Source of the DNA: Camelus ferus
Taxonomy: Eukaryota
DNA length: 64,000 nucleotides
Direction of reading: 5' to 3'
NCBI RefSeq assembly: GCF_009834535.1
Contig: NC_045707.1
Location: 50,284,001-50,348,000 of the forward strand
Both the position numbers and the translations under genes were made by a program. Shown piece by piece: positions 13,096 to 26,114 of this stretch. Each line of letters begins with the position of its first letter. The first letter of the stretch is position 1. The notes below the pieces were generated by a model. It saw only the letters and a list, made by a program, of their open reading frames with translations, did not search any database and was not told the DNA's origin.

Positions 13096-14097
13096 GGATA
13101 TATTTTGCCTAAAAATATTCCTTAATTAGTTCCACTAAGGAAAAAAGGTGTTGTCCAACCTAGGTTTTGAAGTGGGAGTAGAAGCCTAGGTCAGAGGACA
13201 GAGGAACATTATTTGAAGTATTAAACTGATCATTGAAAATGGCCAGGTCCAATCTTGAGACCACTGGAAAAGATTTCTGGGCTTTGATTAAAAAAAAGAA
13301 GTGGAATGCAGAGCTCATCAGTGTTGAAAATGCACCAGTAAAGCAGCAACCCCAGGGAGCACTGTGGAATCCAGGTGATGAGTGTTCATGCTTCTCATAG
13401 TAGGTAGCCTTGCACCTGAACCTTGCACCAGGCCTCCATGGTCCTGACAATGGCTCCATGTGAGATGTACAATTGAGAAGCATGTGGTTGACATGGAAGG
13501 GCAAGTTAATCCTAATTCTATTCTCATTACCTAGAGGAAAATGGGTCTGGTTGTTTGGGTCTTCTTGCCTTTAGGACACAGTGAATCCTTGGCAAGCTGA
13601 GAGGTATCCCTTATAATTATAGAACCTAAGGGTTTAAAGGGGAAATAGCCATAAAAGTTGTGCATATCATATATGTGACTTATCTCTTTACTAGGAGCTT
13701 GTTTAGTTGGTCCATTCAACAGTTTACTTTGAATACAGGCATCGGTTGAGTTTTTATGCTTCAAGCATCTCTGAAGTTTTGTGTTTACCTTCCTGCTCTT
13801 CTTAGCTTTGTCTTTCTTGTCAGACTGGTGAGCTCATATGTATCTGTCTAAGCCCAGCTTGATTGCTGCCTTCTCTGTGAAATCTCCCTGACAACTCCCA
13901 ACATCCCCCTGGTTCAATTCTGTACAAACCTTAGAATATCACTCTCCTTGTTGTTGTTAATAATGTAGTAAAATTGAACTTTGCTCTAAATATTTTGGTC
14001 TAAAAGCTAGTTGTGTGAAGGACACATTATTCCTCCCTCCCTGCCCCTCTCTTTTCCCTCCCTCCCTCTCTGCCTTACTTTTTAAAGTTAACTTAAA

Positions 14098-14692
14098 ATC
14101 TGACCAAGGAAATGAAAGACTTATACACGGAGAACTACAAAACACTGAATAAAGAAATTAAAGATGACTTAAAGAAATGGAAAGATATTCCATGCTCTTG
14201 GCTTGGAAGAATTAATATTGTTAAAATGGCCATACTGCCCAAAGCAATCTACAGGTTTGATGTGATCCCTATCAAATTACCCAGGACATTTTTCACAGAA
14301 CTAGAACAAATACTCCTAAAATTTATATGGAATCACAAAGGACCTAGAATTGCAAAAGCAGCACTGAAGAAAAAGAATGAAGTTGGAGGAACAACCCTCC
14401 CAGACTTCAGACAATACTACACAGCTGCAGTAATCCAAACAGCATGGTATTGGTACAAAAACAGACATATGGATCAATGGAACAGAATAGAGAGCCCAGA
14501 AATAAACCTGCAGACTTTTGGTCAATTAATCTTTGACAAAGGAGGCAAGAATATACAGCCTCTTCAGCAAATGGTGTTGGGATAACTAGACAGCTGCATG
14601 TAAATCAATTAAGTTAGTACACTCCCTCACACCATCCACAAAAAATAAACTCAAAATGGCTTAAAGACTTAAACTAAGATAAGACAAGAAAC
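14098..14692 (+). mobile_element. L1 ORF2 internal fragment (post-RT region), non-functional
   Basis: ORF 14112-14585 translates to [28 protein letters not shown]...PDFRQYY...[19 protein letters not shown], unmistakable L1 ORF2. A frameshift occurs near 14557. Flanked by the exact repeat TAAAGTTAACTTAAA (14083-14097, 14693-14707). Confidence 0.95.
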
Positions 14693-14709
14693 TAAAGTTA
14701 ACTTAAACC

Positions 14710-14788
14710 ACACAATCCCTGCTTTTATATCCAGTGCCTACCTAACACCTCCACTTGAATGTTTAATAGAAAACTGAAATGCAATGCG

Positions 14789-14820
<32 letters not shown>

Positions 14821-15300
14821 TTAAAAAAAGGAGGTCTGGATCTCCTCAACTCTTCCTCCCAAGCTGCTCTACCCAGGTCAGTCTCTCCCAGAGCAGATGA
14901 CAGCAATTCCATCCTTGGAATAGCTCCAGTGGAAAAAATCTGGAGTCTTCCTTGACTACTCTTTTCACCTCATATCCCACATCCAGTCTGTCAGGAAGTA
15001 ATGTTGACCCAACCTTTCAAATATATCCAGAATCTGACCACTTCTCATCACCTCTACTGCTCCCACCATGTTTTCTTAACTAGATTAAAATGCCTCTAAC
15101 ACATCTTCTTTGTTCTTTATTCTGTAGCATTTTGCAACTTCTAACGTACGATATAATTTACTTTCTTATTGTATTAATTGTTTATTGCTATCTCCTCAAC
15201 CTAGAATGTAAGCTTCTGAGGTCTAGATAGTCGTGTTTATCCCTTCTGTATCTCTAGCACTTGCAACCTAATAAATATTTGTAAGCTGACTAATGAATTT
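14710..15300 (+). mobile_element. L2 LINE 3' region
   Basis: CTTTCAAATATATCCAGAATCTGACCACTTCTCATCACCTCTACTGC and CTAGAATGTAAGCTTCTGAGG ... AATAAATATTTG. Confidence 0.8.
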
Positions 15301-18300
15301 GACTCTTAGTGGAATGAACATGTCTCTTCTGGATCTTGTTTTCCCACCCCAGCTCTGAGGGAGGGGTTGCAACAACTCTTCAGGCAATGATGGTGCATTG
15401 GAGGACAGTCCTCTTTTGTCATCAGTCCCCCCTAGAACTTCTGAATGTCTCAGCTGGAATGGCTTCTTCCCAACTCTGCTGCTTTGGTCTCACTTTTCAT
15501 GCACAGGAGTCCTGGGGGTGGTCAGAGCCCCTTGCTGAAGGCCCAGCCTCCCTTCGTGTTGCCTACAAGCCCAAGATCCACTGTCTCCCTGGGGAACCAT
15601 CAGAGGGGCCCACTGGCCCCACTACCTCCAACTTGTTGACACCTGCTTCTTTCCAAGGTAAAGCAATCAATGTCTTCCTTCTATCTCTGTCCTCAGGGCC
15701 ACTTCTGTCTCTCGGAGAATTTTGGCATCTTCGCTTCAGTGAACTTGGGCTTTTCCAGACACCAAGAAGCAGGTTTGTCTTCAAGGAGCTTCTGTCTTCT
15801 CCTCTGAAGAAAACTTTGGAACTGAGTCACTGAGGTCCTAACAACTTTTTTGAAACAGGGCAGGAAGGAACCTTATCATCCCACTCTTCACATATGATAC
15901 TGGAGTTTTAGTTTTACTGTTCTTTGCCAATCACTGGGGATTATCACTACAACAATCCTTGTGCGCCTGGAGCAAGACCCACTTATTCATGCTGGATTAT
16001 GCTTTTAATACATATTTGAATTTTATTTAGGAGTTTGGCATTCATGCTTATTCTGGTAACTGTTAGTAACTGAATCAGTAGCAGTAGGAGTTTGTGTGTG
16101 TGTGTGTGGTTTGTGTGGTTTGTGTGGTTTTAGTGTCAGGATAATGCCAGCTTTGTAATGTAAATGAGGAAGTTTTGTGTCTTTTTTATATCCTGGAATT
16201 GCGTATATAGTGTGGCAAGCGTTTATTTCTTAAAAGAATGCAACCATATAATAAATTAACTCTGGATAATTTTTTTAGGGCTAGTTTTCAAAATAAATGT
16301 TTCACTTTATTTTGGGTATATTAAGTCTGTGTACGCTTGTTTGTAAGTTTTATACTGTCACTTGATTGAAATTGTGATTTCACTGTTATTTTAAAATTCA
16401 TAACATTGAGTGACACATAGAATTATTTCTAGAGAATGTTCTCCTTTGGAGTCTTCCAGAGGATGTTCCTTTATCCCATTTCTGCACTAATTTATAGGCT
16501 TTTTAAAAAGAATTCATCCTGGAATAGAGAGAAGTCTCTTTTGTAATTCCATGTTTATGATCATCTAGGGCTTCTAGATTGTTCCTCATTGACACTTCTG
16601 GTGCCAGATGAATTCTCTCCTAGGATCAAAACTGGAGAATACTTTCATTACATTAGGTAATTGATGGGCAAGTCTTCTTGCCCACCTTTCCTCATTGACC
16701 AGGATTTCATCTAGGGTAGCTTTGTGTACAGAAAAGGGATCTGGTTTCCTGCTACTTTCTGCTTCTCTTCTTTTTTGAACAAGCTTTCCTCAATGTGTTT
16801 TCTGCAAAATCTTTATGTAGAATATTAAGAGTTATGTTAGTAAGCTTTTATCTAGGCAAAAGAATTTAGCCCATGATGGATACAAATTTAAACATACGTA
16901 TTTCCTGAGGCAGATCTCAAAACTGCTAGGTGTACTGTGAATACCCAGGGAGAGGTTATGCATACTTTCCTCAAATTCTTTGTTCACAAAACCTTCTAGA
17001 AAGCCATTTCATGGTGCCACTCTTCTGTGAATCTTATTTGGGGAACTTCTGTAATAGAACAGAGTACTTGGAAATCTATAATGCCAAGAACGATGGCTAG
17101 AATATTTTCTGTACCCATTCATTTTTAGACTCTTCACTTATTTTTGTCTTCAAATTAGTCTCCAAATGGCTTTCAGAAGATGCTGAGTGGAGAGCTGATG
17201 GATTTTGGCTGCCTCAAAATGCCACCCAAGAGCAGGACTACAGTCTCCTATCCATAGTCAGAGTGAAGAGGTTGGAGGGAGAACAAAGAGGACTTCCAGG
17301 GACTCCTACTATATTTTTCTTTGTATTTATAGGTGGCTGAGATATTCTTTTTCAACAGATGAAGCACAGGCAGGTTTCTGAATTTCTTAAAATTCAGCTG
17401 CATTGTTAGATTTGATAAAAATCCCTAGTAGATTCTTAGGATAGGCTACCAGTTTTAGTTTTTGGAGATAATAGTAACTTTTCCCTTTAGTCATTTTCCG
17501 TGTCATCCTAGGTATTTTAGTGGGGAGTTAGGATAGATTGAAAAACCCATTTTAAGTCTATTTTCTCCATACGTATTCCTTCAAATCCTGTGAACCAGTA
17601 ATTACTATCTGTAGCATCTGAATTCAGGAAGCTGAAGGCTCAGAGAGGGAGGAGAAGCAATGGAGAGTGGGGTGAATTTTCTGCTACTGCTGACAGAATC
17701 CCTGCAGCTTTCACACATCCTGGTCAAAAATGGTTTTTCAACTGGACTTGTACTTACAGTTTTGTCCTCCTTAGGAACTCCCTATCTAGATAACATCCTT
17801 TAAAAAGGGCTATAGCTGCTGCAGACAGGCAGGTCTGCTTACTGGTTCATTTGGGGGTGCTAAGCAGCCCATTTTTAAAGTCAGTACCTTGTTCAACTAT
17901 CTTTTGCTCTCAGCATTCATTTAGACTCAATTTCAGAAGCTGACCATCACTAGCAAGCAATCAATATATCATCACCATTCACCTTCAACCACCATGCTTG
18001 GTCCTTGCAGTGAACCTTTGAAAATAGAGAGAAAAACTACAAGAGTTTCAGACCAGTGCCACTAAAGTGTGGCCTTTGGACTGCCATTGGGCTGACACCG
18101 GACTATTCGTTGTCTGCAATAAAGCCAGTACGTCAATTGAAAGCAAGAATTCAGAAAAGCAATTTGACTTTTCCTGCTTCCAAGGGTGCAATCAGTGGGC
18201 TTGTCCATCCAACATGGACCAGTTTTGTTAGATGCTGTTGGCCTCAGGTGGTGGGTAGCAAGTGCTATGAGCTGTTCCCTAATCTCGTCCTGATCCTTTG

Positions 18301-20839
18301 GTACAGAGACTAAAAAGCCCAGGTATAAAGGGTCCATCACCCTTTTCCACCTGCCAATCTCTGCTGGAGGCTTTGTGACCTTCAGACCCTTCCTGGCTCA
18401 CTTTCCATTGTACAGAGACATGTTCCCTTTCATGGTAATGACCCATAATCCAAATCCAAAATGCTCAGAATCTGTGAAGGACCCATTAAGATGGTGAAGT
18501 AGGGTTTTCTCCTCCCAGTTGCTCCAGTGAGAGTGACAGCATGTTACATGTCTTCTCTAGCTTGCTTCTGGTTCAGGTTGAGGAATGGCAACTTGAGCAT
18601 GAATTAAAGCCTTTCACTCAAGTGTCACTGAAATGCCAAATCTATCCCTGGATTGCGTTTAAATCAGGAGGCCAGATTGTTTAGCTGTGGCCCAACATGA
18701 TGTGGCAGAAGCCAGGTTCCAGGATGTGATAATACATTTAGCACCATCTGCTAAAATTTCACACTGGTGGAACTATGAAAATGATTTTTTCCCCCCTGAA
18801 ATGACCATTTATTTATTTATTTAATCCCCCAGTAGAACATCTGTTTATGTGATACCTTGGGTATGCTGTGACCCGACCAGTAAGCTGATTCATCCAATGA
18901 ATTCACCTTAAGAGGAAGTGTGATTGTGTGTGTGTATTTGCCATGTGTGTTAGATCCATCAATATCAAATACTGACTGCAGTTGCAGATGTCTGTTAAAT
19001 CGCAGTGCTGAACTGGTGAAGGGTGGGCTGTGACATTCCTGAGAGATTCAGGTATTAAACAGAATCTGTTCCCAAGCTCTTAAGACAATGTAAGATGAAC
19101 AGTCCTTTCTCCCTGTCATCAAAAGCTTTTGATTTTGACTGAAATCATTGCTTTCAATGTCCAAGATTGTTTCCTTTCTTAGCGCATCTGCCACCACTGC
19201 TTCTTAGCAGTTCAATGATTTGTTCATTTAAGAAACATTTATAGGGCACCCATTGGGTATCATGTATGCTAGATCTAGGCCGCAATCCTTCTAGGGGGGA
19301 CCCACAGTGAATCAGCAAAGACAGCAGATTACATATTATGATAAATGATAAGCGCACAAACAGAATAAATGGGAGCACGGCAGGTAGGACGCTTAAATCA
19401 AGAAAGAAAGGGAAATTAGGAACAAACTTTCCAGTGTAGGTGGCATTTGGACTGAAATTGGAGGAGCAAGAAATAGCTACAGAATGTATGCTTGTCTGTG
19501 TGTCCTCACATGTGCACATATGTGGTTTGTGTGTTGGGAACACCTTCCATGGAGGAGTGACTGTGTAGTAGAGGGCACAGAGGTGTCGATGAGGATGACA
19601 CACTGGAGCAATTGTACGTGAAGTGTCCTCCCTAGATCACAAGTGCTGCAAAGAGGAACTCTCTTATTCAGCCATGTACAGCCAGAGCTTGGCACCTAAT
19701 AGGAGCTCAATAAATACCTGTGGAACAAACATACGGCCTCAAGTACTAAGTCAAGAAATTTGAACTTTTCCTCCCAAAATATGACAGCAAGATATAAGCA
19801 ATTGTAGTTGGCCTTTCTGAACACTTTTATGATTTTTTTTTTTTTTTTGCTGTCCCTAAAGGGACAGACTGCCATATAACAGCTATTCCCATCCATTTTC
19901 TGTCATTCTCATTAGACTCACTTGTTCTTCCCTGGCCAGTAATTATTGATTGATTTGACAACTCTCTGGTCATGCCGGTGACACACACATTGGTGTCAAA
20001 CATGGTCAGGCACTAAAACTCTCATAAACTCTTTCAGATAATCCTTCATGACATTCTCCTAATAAGAGGTGCTTAAAGCATTTTTTGAGACTATTACTTT
20101 AGTCTGGAATTTAAAGCAAATAATATAAATATCTTTTTATGTCAAAAGGTCTTAACACTTGCAAATGTTAGAACTGATGATTAATATTAAGTTAAATTGT
20201 TGAGTCATAGCATTAAAATCTGTTGAATATTTATCCTAAGAAAATTTCTTCCCTTTCATAATTAAGCCAAGAACTAGGAGATCTGTGTAAGTCCCATAAG
20301 CAGAACTTGAATGTGTAAAGACTTAATTCACTGAAAATTGATAGTTAGCAACTAACCAGAAACTAGAGACATGCTTGATTCTGGAGTTAAGATCAGTAAA
20401 ATTAATAAAACATTACCTTTTTTTGAGTTGAAGAAAATGTAAGTTTCAAAGCCATCTAATAATTTTAAATGTTCATTAGGTTAAAAGACATTCAAATTAA
20501 AATTAATTTTGAAAAATATTATTTCTTTGAAAGATCAAGCTATTGTATTAGCTTGCTTTTGAACTCATCTTCAGTGGTTTGCTTTTTATGTCTCTTTGCA
20601 GATATTTTCCTAGATGTCTTTCTCAGTGCAAGCACAGTATCTCCCTTCTTTCCAAACTTGACTCAGTTCATGTCTTTCAGGAGGATCTCTGGTTAACCTC
20701 ACCCAATTCTGATTCAAAGTTTATTCTGTGTTTCTCCCAGCCCTCACCTATGTTGCACTTAGATTGTTCTTTGGCATTTTCACACAGATTTGTATCAATC
20801 AAATTAATCTTCTGCTGATTGATTAATTGATCGATTGTA

Positions 20840-21310
20840 TTTATTATGTTCAAGGCTTTTTGGTTGCAAGAGACAGACCATTTCTAGTAAACAGAATTTA
20901 TTGAAAGGATACCAGGGACTCTCGGAAATATTTGGAGGCAGGAAAGAAAGTACAACCAGGCTCCAGGAGGCCCTGAGGTTGTAAAATCAGTACCTGAGTT
21001 TGTTACCTTCTCTCACTGAATGACTGGCCTCCTAACTGTACTTTTCTTTGCCCTCCTGCTCCTATCTGCTTTTTAGATTTGCCACCTTCCTCGTGGCTGC
21101 TCTGTTCACTTCTGCTTGGATATAGCTTTTTCTTTAAATGGGTCCAGGCCTGGCTTTGGCTCTATGCCTGTCAATGTCTCTCCACCCCAACCCCAACCAA
21201 CCATCATCTCACTATCTCATTCGTTAAGCCTAATGCTTCATTCCCTGGTTGGAGAATCTGATTTGCTCAGCTGAATTATGGATGGTTTCTCCTTAGGACA
21301 AATGTTTACA
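20840..21310. mobile_element. Old MaLR LTR (MLT1K/L/N-like)
   Basis: GGCTTTTTGGTTGCAAGAGACAGACC ... AATTTATTGAAAGGATACCAGG. Confidence 0.5.
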
Positions 21311-21598
21311 CATGAGGTGGTGGGGCTCACTGGGTACAAACCAGATGGATTCTCTGCAAATAGGTTGTGGGCAGCTGGCCATGATTGGTGTCTCAAGTAC
21401 AGCATTCTCTCCTAGCAGCCTCATCCATGTTCGCAAATGTTTCAGAAAGGCTACCCAGCAGACTGTGACCTACATTAGTGACCCAGCAGTTCTGGGCTTC
21501 AGTGGTCTTCCCTATTTTGTGCCTCTACTTAGTTAAAAATATTGCTTCTTTCTTTCCTTATTTTTACAGTCTACTTCGATACTAGGGTGGGAAACAAG

Positions 21599-21983
21599 TG
21601 CTATGGACTGAACGATTGTTTTCCCCAAATTCATATGTTGAAGGCCTAACCCCCAAAGTGATGGTATTAGAAGGTAGGGTGTTTGGAAGGTAAACAGGTT
21701 TAGAGGAGGTCATGAGGGTGGAGTCCCATGATAAGATTAGTGCCCTTACAAGGGACACCAGAGCGTTCACTTCCTTTCTCTGTGCACACATACTAAGGAA
21801 AGGTCAAGTGAGCACACGGCCAGAAGGTGACCTTCTACAAGCCAGGAAGAGGGTCCTCACCAAGAAGCAACCCTTCTGGCACCTTGATCTTAGCCTCCAG
21901 AACTGTGAGAAAATAAATGTCAGCTGTTTAGGTCATCCAGGCTGTGGTATTCTGTCATAGCATAGCCCTGGATGACTAAGCCA
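21599..21983 (+). mobile_element. MaLR solo LTR (MLT1A-like)
   Basis: TGCTATGGACTGAA ... CCCCAAATTCATATGTTGAAGGCCTAACCCCCAA ... CAGAACTGTGAGAAAATAAATG ... GACTAAG. Confidence 0.9.
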
Positions 21984-22599
21984 CCAACGGTAATGGTCTT
22001 GCTTCCATTTTATAGATAAAGCCCTCGGTGGTTACACAGGCTGCTCAGGTCACGCAGCTGGGGCCAGGATTCAAAGCCCTGTCTCTCTGACCACGGACCA
22101 TTCTCCTTCCACCATAGTTCTCTGCCTTACAAAGTCTCGTGGTTATAAAGGAAAGAAGAAAAGAAAAGAAAAAGAAAACTCCGCTCCACTTACCAAAAGT
22201 AAGTTTCAATTATTTTCCCCATTAAATCAGAATATTTTATTCAGTTGAGAGAGAACCTTAGAAAACTTATTTCAAGTATATAAATTAGTCAGGGAACTTT
22301 TTCTCTCCCCCTGCCCCCATTGGAAGAGTTTCTACTATATGCAGTAGTTTCAGCCTCTGATATCATTATTATGAAATTCAAAAATAACACTGATTTTCAT
22401 TTTGTTTGACCTCAAAGTGTACCTTGGATTCTCGCCATCGTCATAGGGAACATACGTAAAGCAGTTTGAAAGTCTGCTTTCTTCTCAGTCTGGCCTATTT
22501 TTTTTTTCCCAAGCTATTGGGTAACCAGTGGCCTTTTCAAATTTCCCCAGTTAACATATGACTAGATATGATAATCTGGAATTACGGCATATTAACTTT

Positions 22600-22840
22600 A
22601 GGAGCAAGAGCTCCTAGGAGTCTGGAGACCAACACTTCAGTTTGGGCTCTGCTTCTTAATAACTATGTGACCTGGAGGAAATCCTGTCTGCTCACTGAGC
22701 CTTGATTTCCCAGCCCATGGAAGAGAATAATCAAGCCTCAATCCCCCAGAAGAATGCTGTGAAGATAAAATAAAATAATGTATGGGAAAGCACTTTGTAA
22801 ATTGAAAGGTAATATAGAGCTGTAAGTGGATATTATTATT
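22600..22840 (+). mobile_element. MIR SINE
   Basis: GGCTCTGCTTCTTAATAACTATGTGACCTGG ... GTGAAGATAAAATAAAATAATGTATGGGAAAGCACTTTG. Confidence 0.7.
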
Positions 22841-24754
22841 TATTTTATGAGCCAGGAGAAATCAAAGCCCTGGTTTCCTTGCCAGGAGGATTTTCCTCAC
22901 AGCTCTAATTCTTAAAGCTTGGTTTTGCCGAGGTAATGAGTACTTTCCAAATAAAGATCCCTTTTATTGCTTTGGTTTTTGTGAACTTCCCTTTACTCTG
23001 ATTCAAAGTCACATGGGAAGGTGCTCTTGTAAAGCCATTGTTTAATTTAGACTTTCATTCTGCGGTGTATGTCCGGCTATTCTCTGGTTTCAGTCTCCGA
23101 GGAGCCTCTGAGGGCAGACTGTGCTTCATCCCCTTACATATAGTTTGGCAGCAAATGAGATGTTTTCAACAGGGGTGAAAAAAACTTGCAGTAGGTAACC
23201 TGTCACCTCAAGGAAGAAGCACATCCTGTTCTAAAGAAGTTGCCTCCGAGCTGGCCCGAGAACTCTAACTGGGGTTTTTACTTATGACTCAGGCAGTAGC
23301 CTGGGATAAAGTTTTAAGGAGAGAGTTGTTGTTACAGTGAGAAGCCACCATACAAAGCTTTTTGGTAATGTAGATGTCTAGTCAGGATACTCAGTTCTGT
23401 TCATCAAGCCTAAAACTTTCCATGCCAATACACCAGGAAAGTGTCAAAATGACATTTAAATATCATTAGGTGTAAGCAGACTTGCTTTACTTTTAATCGT
23501 GTGTGTGAAGCAATGAAGGCAATGGGTAGCTGACTTGGTTTTTGTGCTAAACTTCACCTGTTAAACAAGCTCTGATCCTGTTCTTCCTAAGTTTTTGGCC
23601 TTCAGGCATTGGAGCCAAGCGATGGAACAAGGTGCATCTTTTAAAGAAATGAGGGGGCTTTTATTACCATGAGCCCACTGTCACTGCCTGAAGCACTGCA
23701 AAAGGTAGAAGAGCCAAAAACAATCTTGTATTTCCTGTCTCTTGCCTTTTGTGTTGTATTTTTACCAAACTCTGGGATAATAGTTTTGATAGCTGAGGGT
23801 TTGTTTATCATCATCCAGGGACCCCAGCACCAGGTCAGAGCTCTCAAAGTGTCCTGTCTACTGTAATTTTTCTCCTCTCTTGTCTATCCTAATTGATCAC
23901 ATGGGATTCAATTTAAAGTGTCAGGCCACAGAATGGACAAGTTGTCTGCCATGGTAATATGGGTGTCAGCCACTTCCTGGAACCCACACCTGGGTGGTAG
24001 TCAATGCAGGACTGAGATTCTAATATTATAACTCATGGTTCTATTTTCCATACCTCAAATAGTGACTTCCTTTACAAGTTATAGATGAAAGTGAAAATTA
24101 ACTACAATTAAATATCGGATTTGGGACTTTGAGCCAAGTAGTCTTAACATTCCAATATCAAGAGAAGCAGAATTTTGTTTTTTAGTCTATTTTTACCCTG
24201 AGTTCCAGTTTTCATTAGCAGCACATTTTCTTTCTTTCTTTTTTTAAATAAGAGGCCTGGTGGATGAGAAATGTTCTATACTATGAATATTGTTGCCCTA
24301 TAACCAAACAGTAAATGTGGCCAACTCTTTGTAAGATCTGTTCCAAGAATCTCTGGGATTCCCCACGTGATGTCTCACAGGAGCACATGAATAAGTAGGT
24401 ACAGCCAGCAATGAACACCTTGTCTGTCACCTAAAAACATTCAGAGACCAAATGACCTAATATCAGACTGGCTGTAGACAGGGCTTCTGATTTGAGTGTT
24501 AGGCTGGCTAAGTTTTCTTTAAATTTCAAAATTGTAAGAAGGGGAAGGTTCAAGAAATATGTAGGAGATAATACATGAGTTGGTTTGGCTGGTGTAGAGG
24601 GTTCACAGCATAGAGAAATTGAGCACAAAGCTGGAAGAATGCCTCGGTTTCTTTATTAATGGCATCTCACCCCTCAGTCAGGTGGCATCTCAATCTCTGG
24701 ATACACCAATGCTAATTATTACAGGACATTTGAAAGTATGGATGAAAAGGTAGG

Positions 24755-24985
24755 GTGGCACTGCAGTGGAGAAGTTAACAGAGAGACTTAGGTTTGAATT
24801 CTACATCTGCCACGTGCTAGCTGAGGGAATCTGGGGCAAGTAAAACATTGCTAGCCTCAGTTTCCTGATCCAGAAAGTGGCAATATAATATTTCACCCCA
24901 GAAGTTTGTGGGGACTAGGTAATAGAATGTGTCAGTATTAAATGTATAAAGCCATTCTCACGCTGCCTGGCGCATGATGAACTAT
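24755..24985 (+). mobile_element. MIR SINE
   Basis: GGTTTGAATTCTACATCTGCCACGTGCTAGCTGAGGGAATCTGGGGCAAGT ... GCCTCAGTTTCCTGATC. Confidence 0.75.
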
Positions 24986-25029
24986 ACATTTCAGCAGCAT
25001 TATCTTACCAGATGGTGGAAACAGAGTCC

Positions 25030-25545
25030 TCACTGGTCTCCCTGCTTCTGCTCCAGCTCAGCCTCATTCTGTCCTCAACACAGCAGTCAGGCTGGTCCTG
25101 TTATAATATAAGTTAGTTGGTGTCACTGCTCAAAACTCTCCAGGCATCCCCCGACCCCGTCGCAGTTTCACTCAGAGTTAAAGCCTCCTAATAGACGGCA
25201 GTCTTCTCTCACCTCTTCCCGCCACCTTGACTCTACCTGCTGCAGCCTCACTGGCTTCCCGTGCTGTGCCTTAAACATTCCAGAAAGTTCTCCCCATCAC
25301 CCAACACCCATTGTCTGCCCCCTCACCCCGTTTAGTTTTCTACCGAATAAGTCTCACCAACTAACCCTCTCTATATTTTACTTGCTTGTAGCATTGATTG
25401 GTTGTTTCCCCCACTAGAAGGTAAGAGCCATTGGGACAAGGATTTCTTTTTGCCTGCTTCGTTCATAGCTGTATCCCTAGTGCCTAAAACGGACCCTGGT
25501 ATGTAGCAGCCCTAAACGGATATTTGTTTAGTGTGTTTTGAGTGA
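25030..25545 (+). mobile_element. L2 LINE 3' region
   Basis: CCTCACTGGTCTCCCTGCTTCTGCTCC ... CCCACTAGAAGGTAAG ... GCTGTATCCCTAGTGCCTAAAAC. Confidence 0.75.
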
Positions 25546-26114
25546 CCGAACACATGGGAGCCATTAGTAGTGAATTAATGGGATCTCTTCATATCAGTAC
25601 ATGCACATGATTATTCATCCATTCATCAAATATTGATTCAGCATATAACACGAGCCAGGATTACACCAGCTGCTGGGGAGAGAGCCAGAAATAAGACAGA
25701 CATGGCCCTGTCCTCCTGGAGCGTATGGTCCCATAAGCTACCAGAATTTCACTGAGTAGATATTTCTAATTGTGGGAAGGTCACAGTTTTTTTTTTTCAT
25801 AATAACTTTAAGTATGAACTTTAACTGAAGTTTTCAGAATCTCTCAACATTATATCCCCAAACTTTAAAAAATTATGTTATTTATTTATTATTGTTATTT
25901 TCAAAAAGTATTTAGGGTAGAATTAGCAAATTGTCTTCTAACTTTTTTTAACCTGTGAAAGAAAAGAGTTCTAAATATCCCCCCAGTGATTGGACTTCAT
26001 GAGTTAAATATTTTTTCTCATCCTGATGATCAAATTAACATCACATTTAAAATCACACGTGATAACTTTTAGGTATACCCCAGGGCACTATGACTTAGCA
26101 AGATGGTACTCAAG

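Noticed and set aside
14112..14585. 157-aa ORF as a host gene
   Set aside because: It is an L1 ORF2 fragment, truncated and frameshifted.
15336..15833. 165-aa ORF in a locally GC-richer patch
   Set aside because: It has a non-ATG start, no recognisable protein features and no CpG island.
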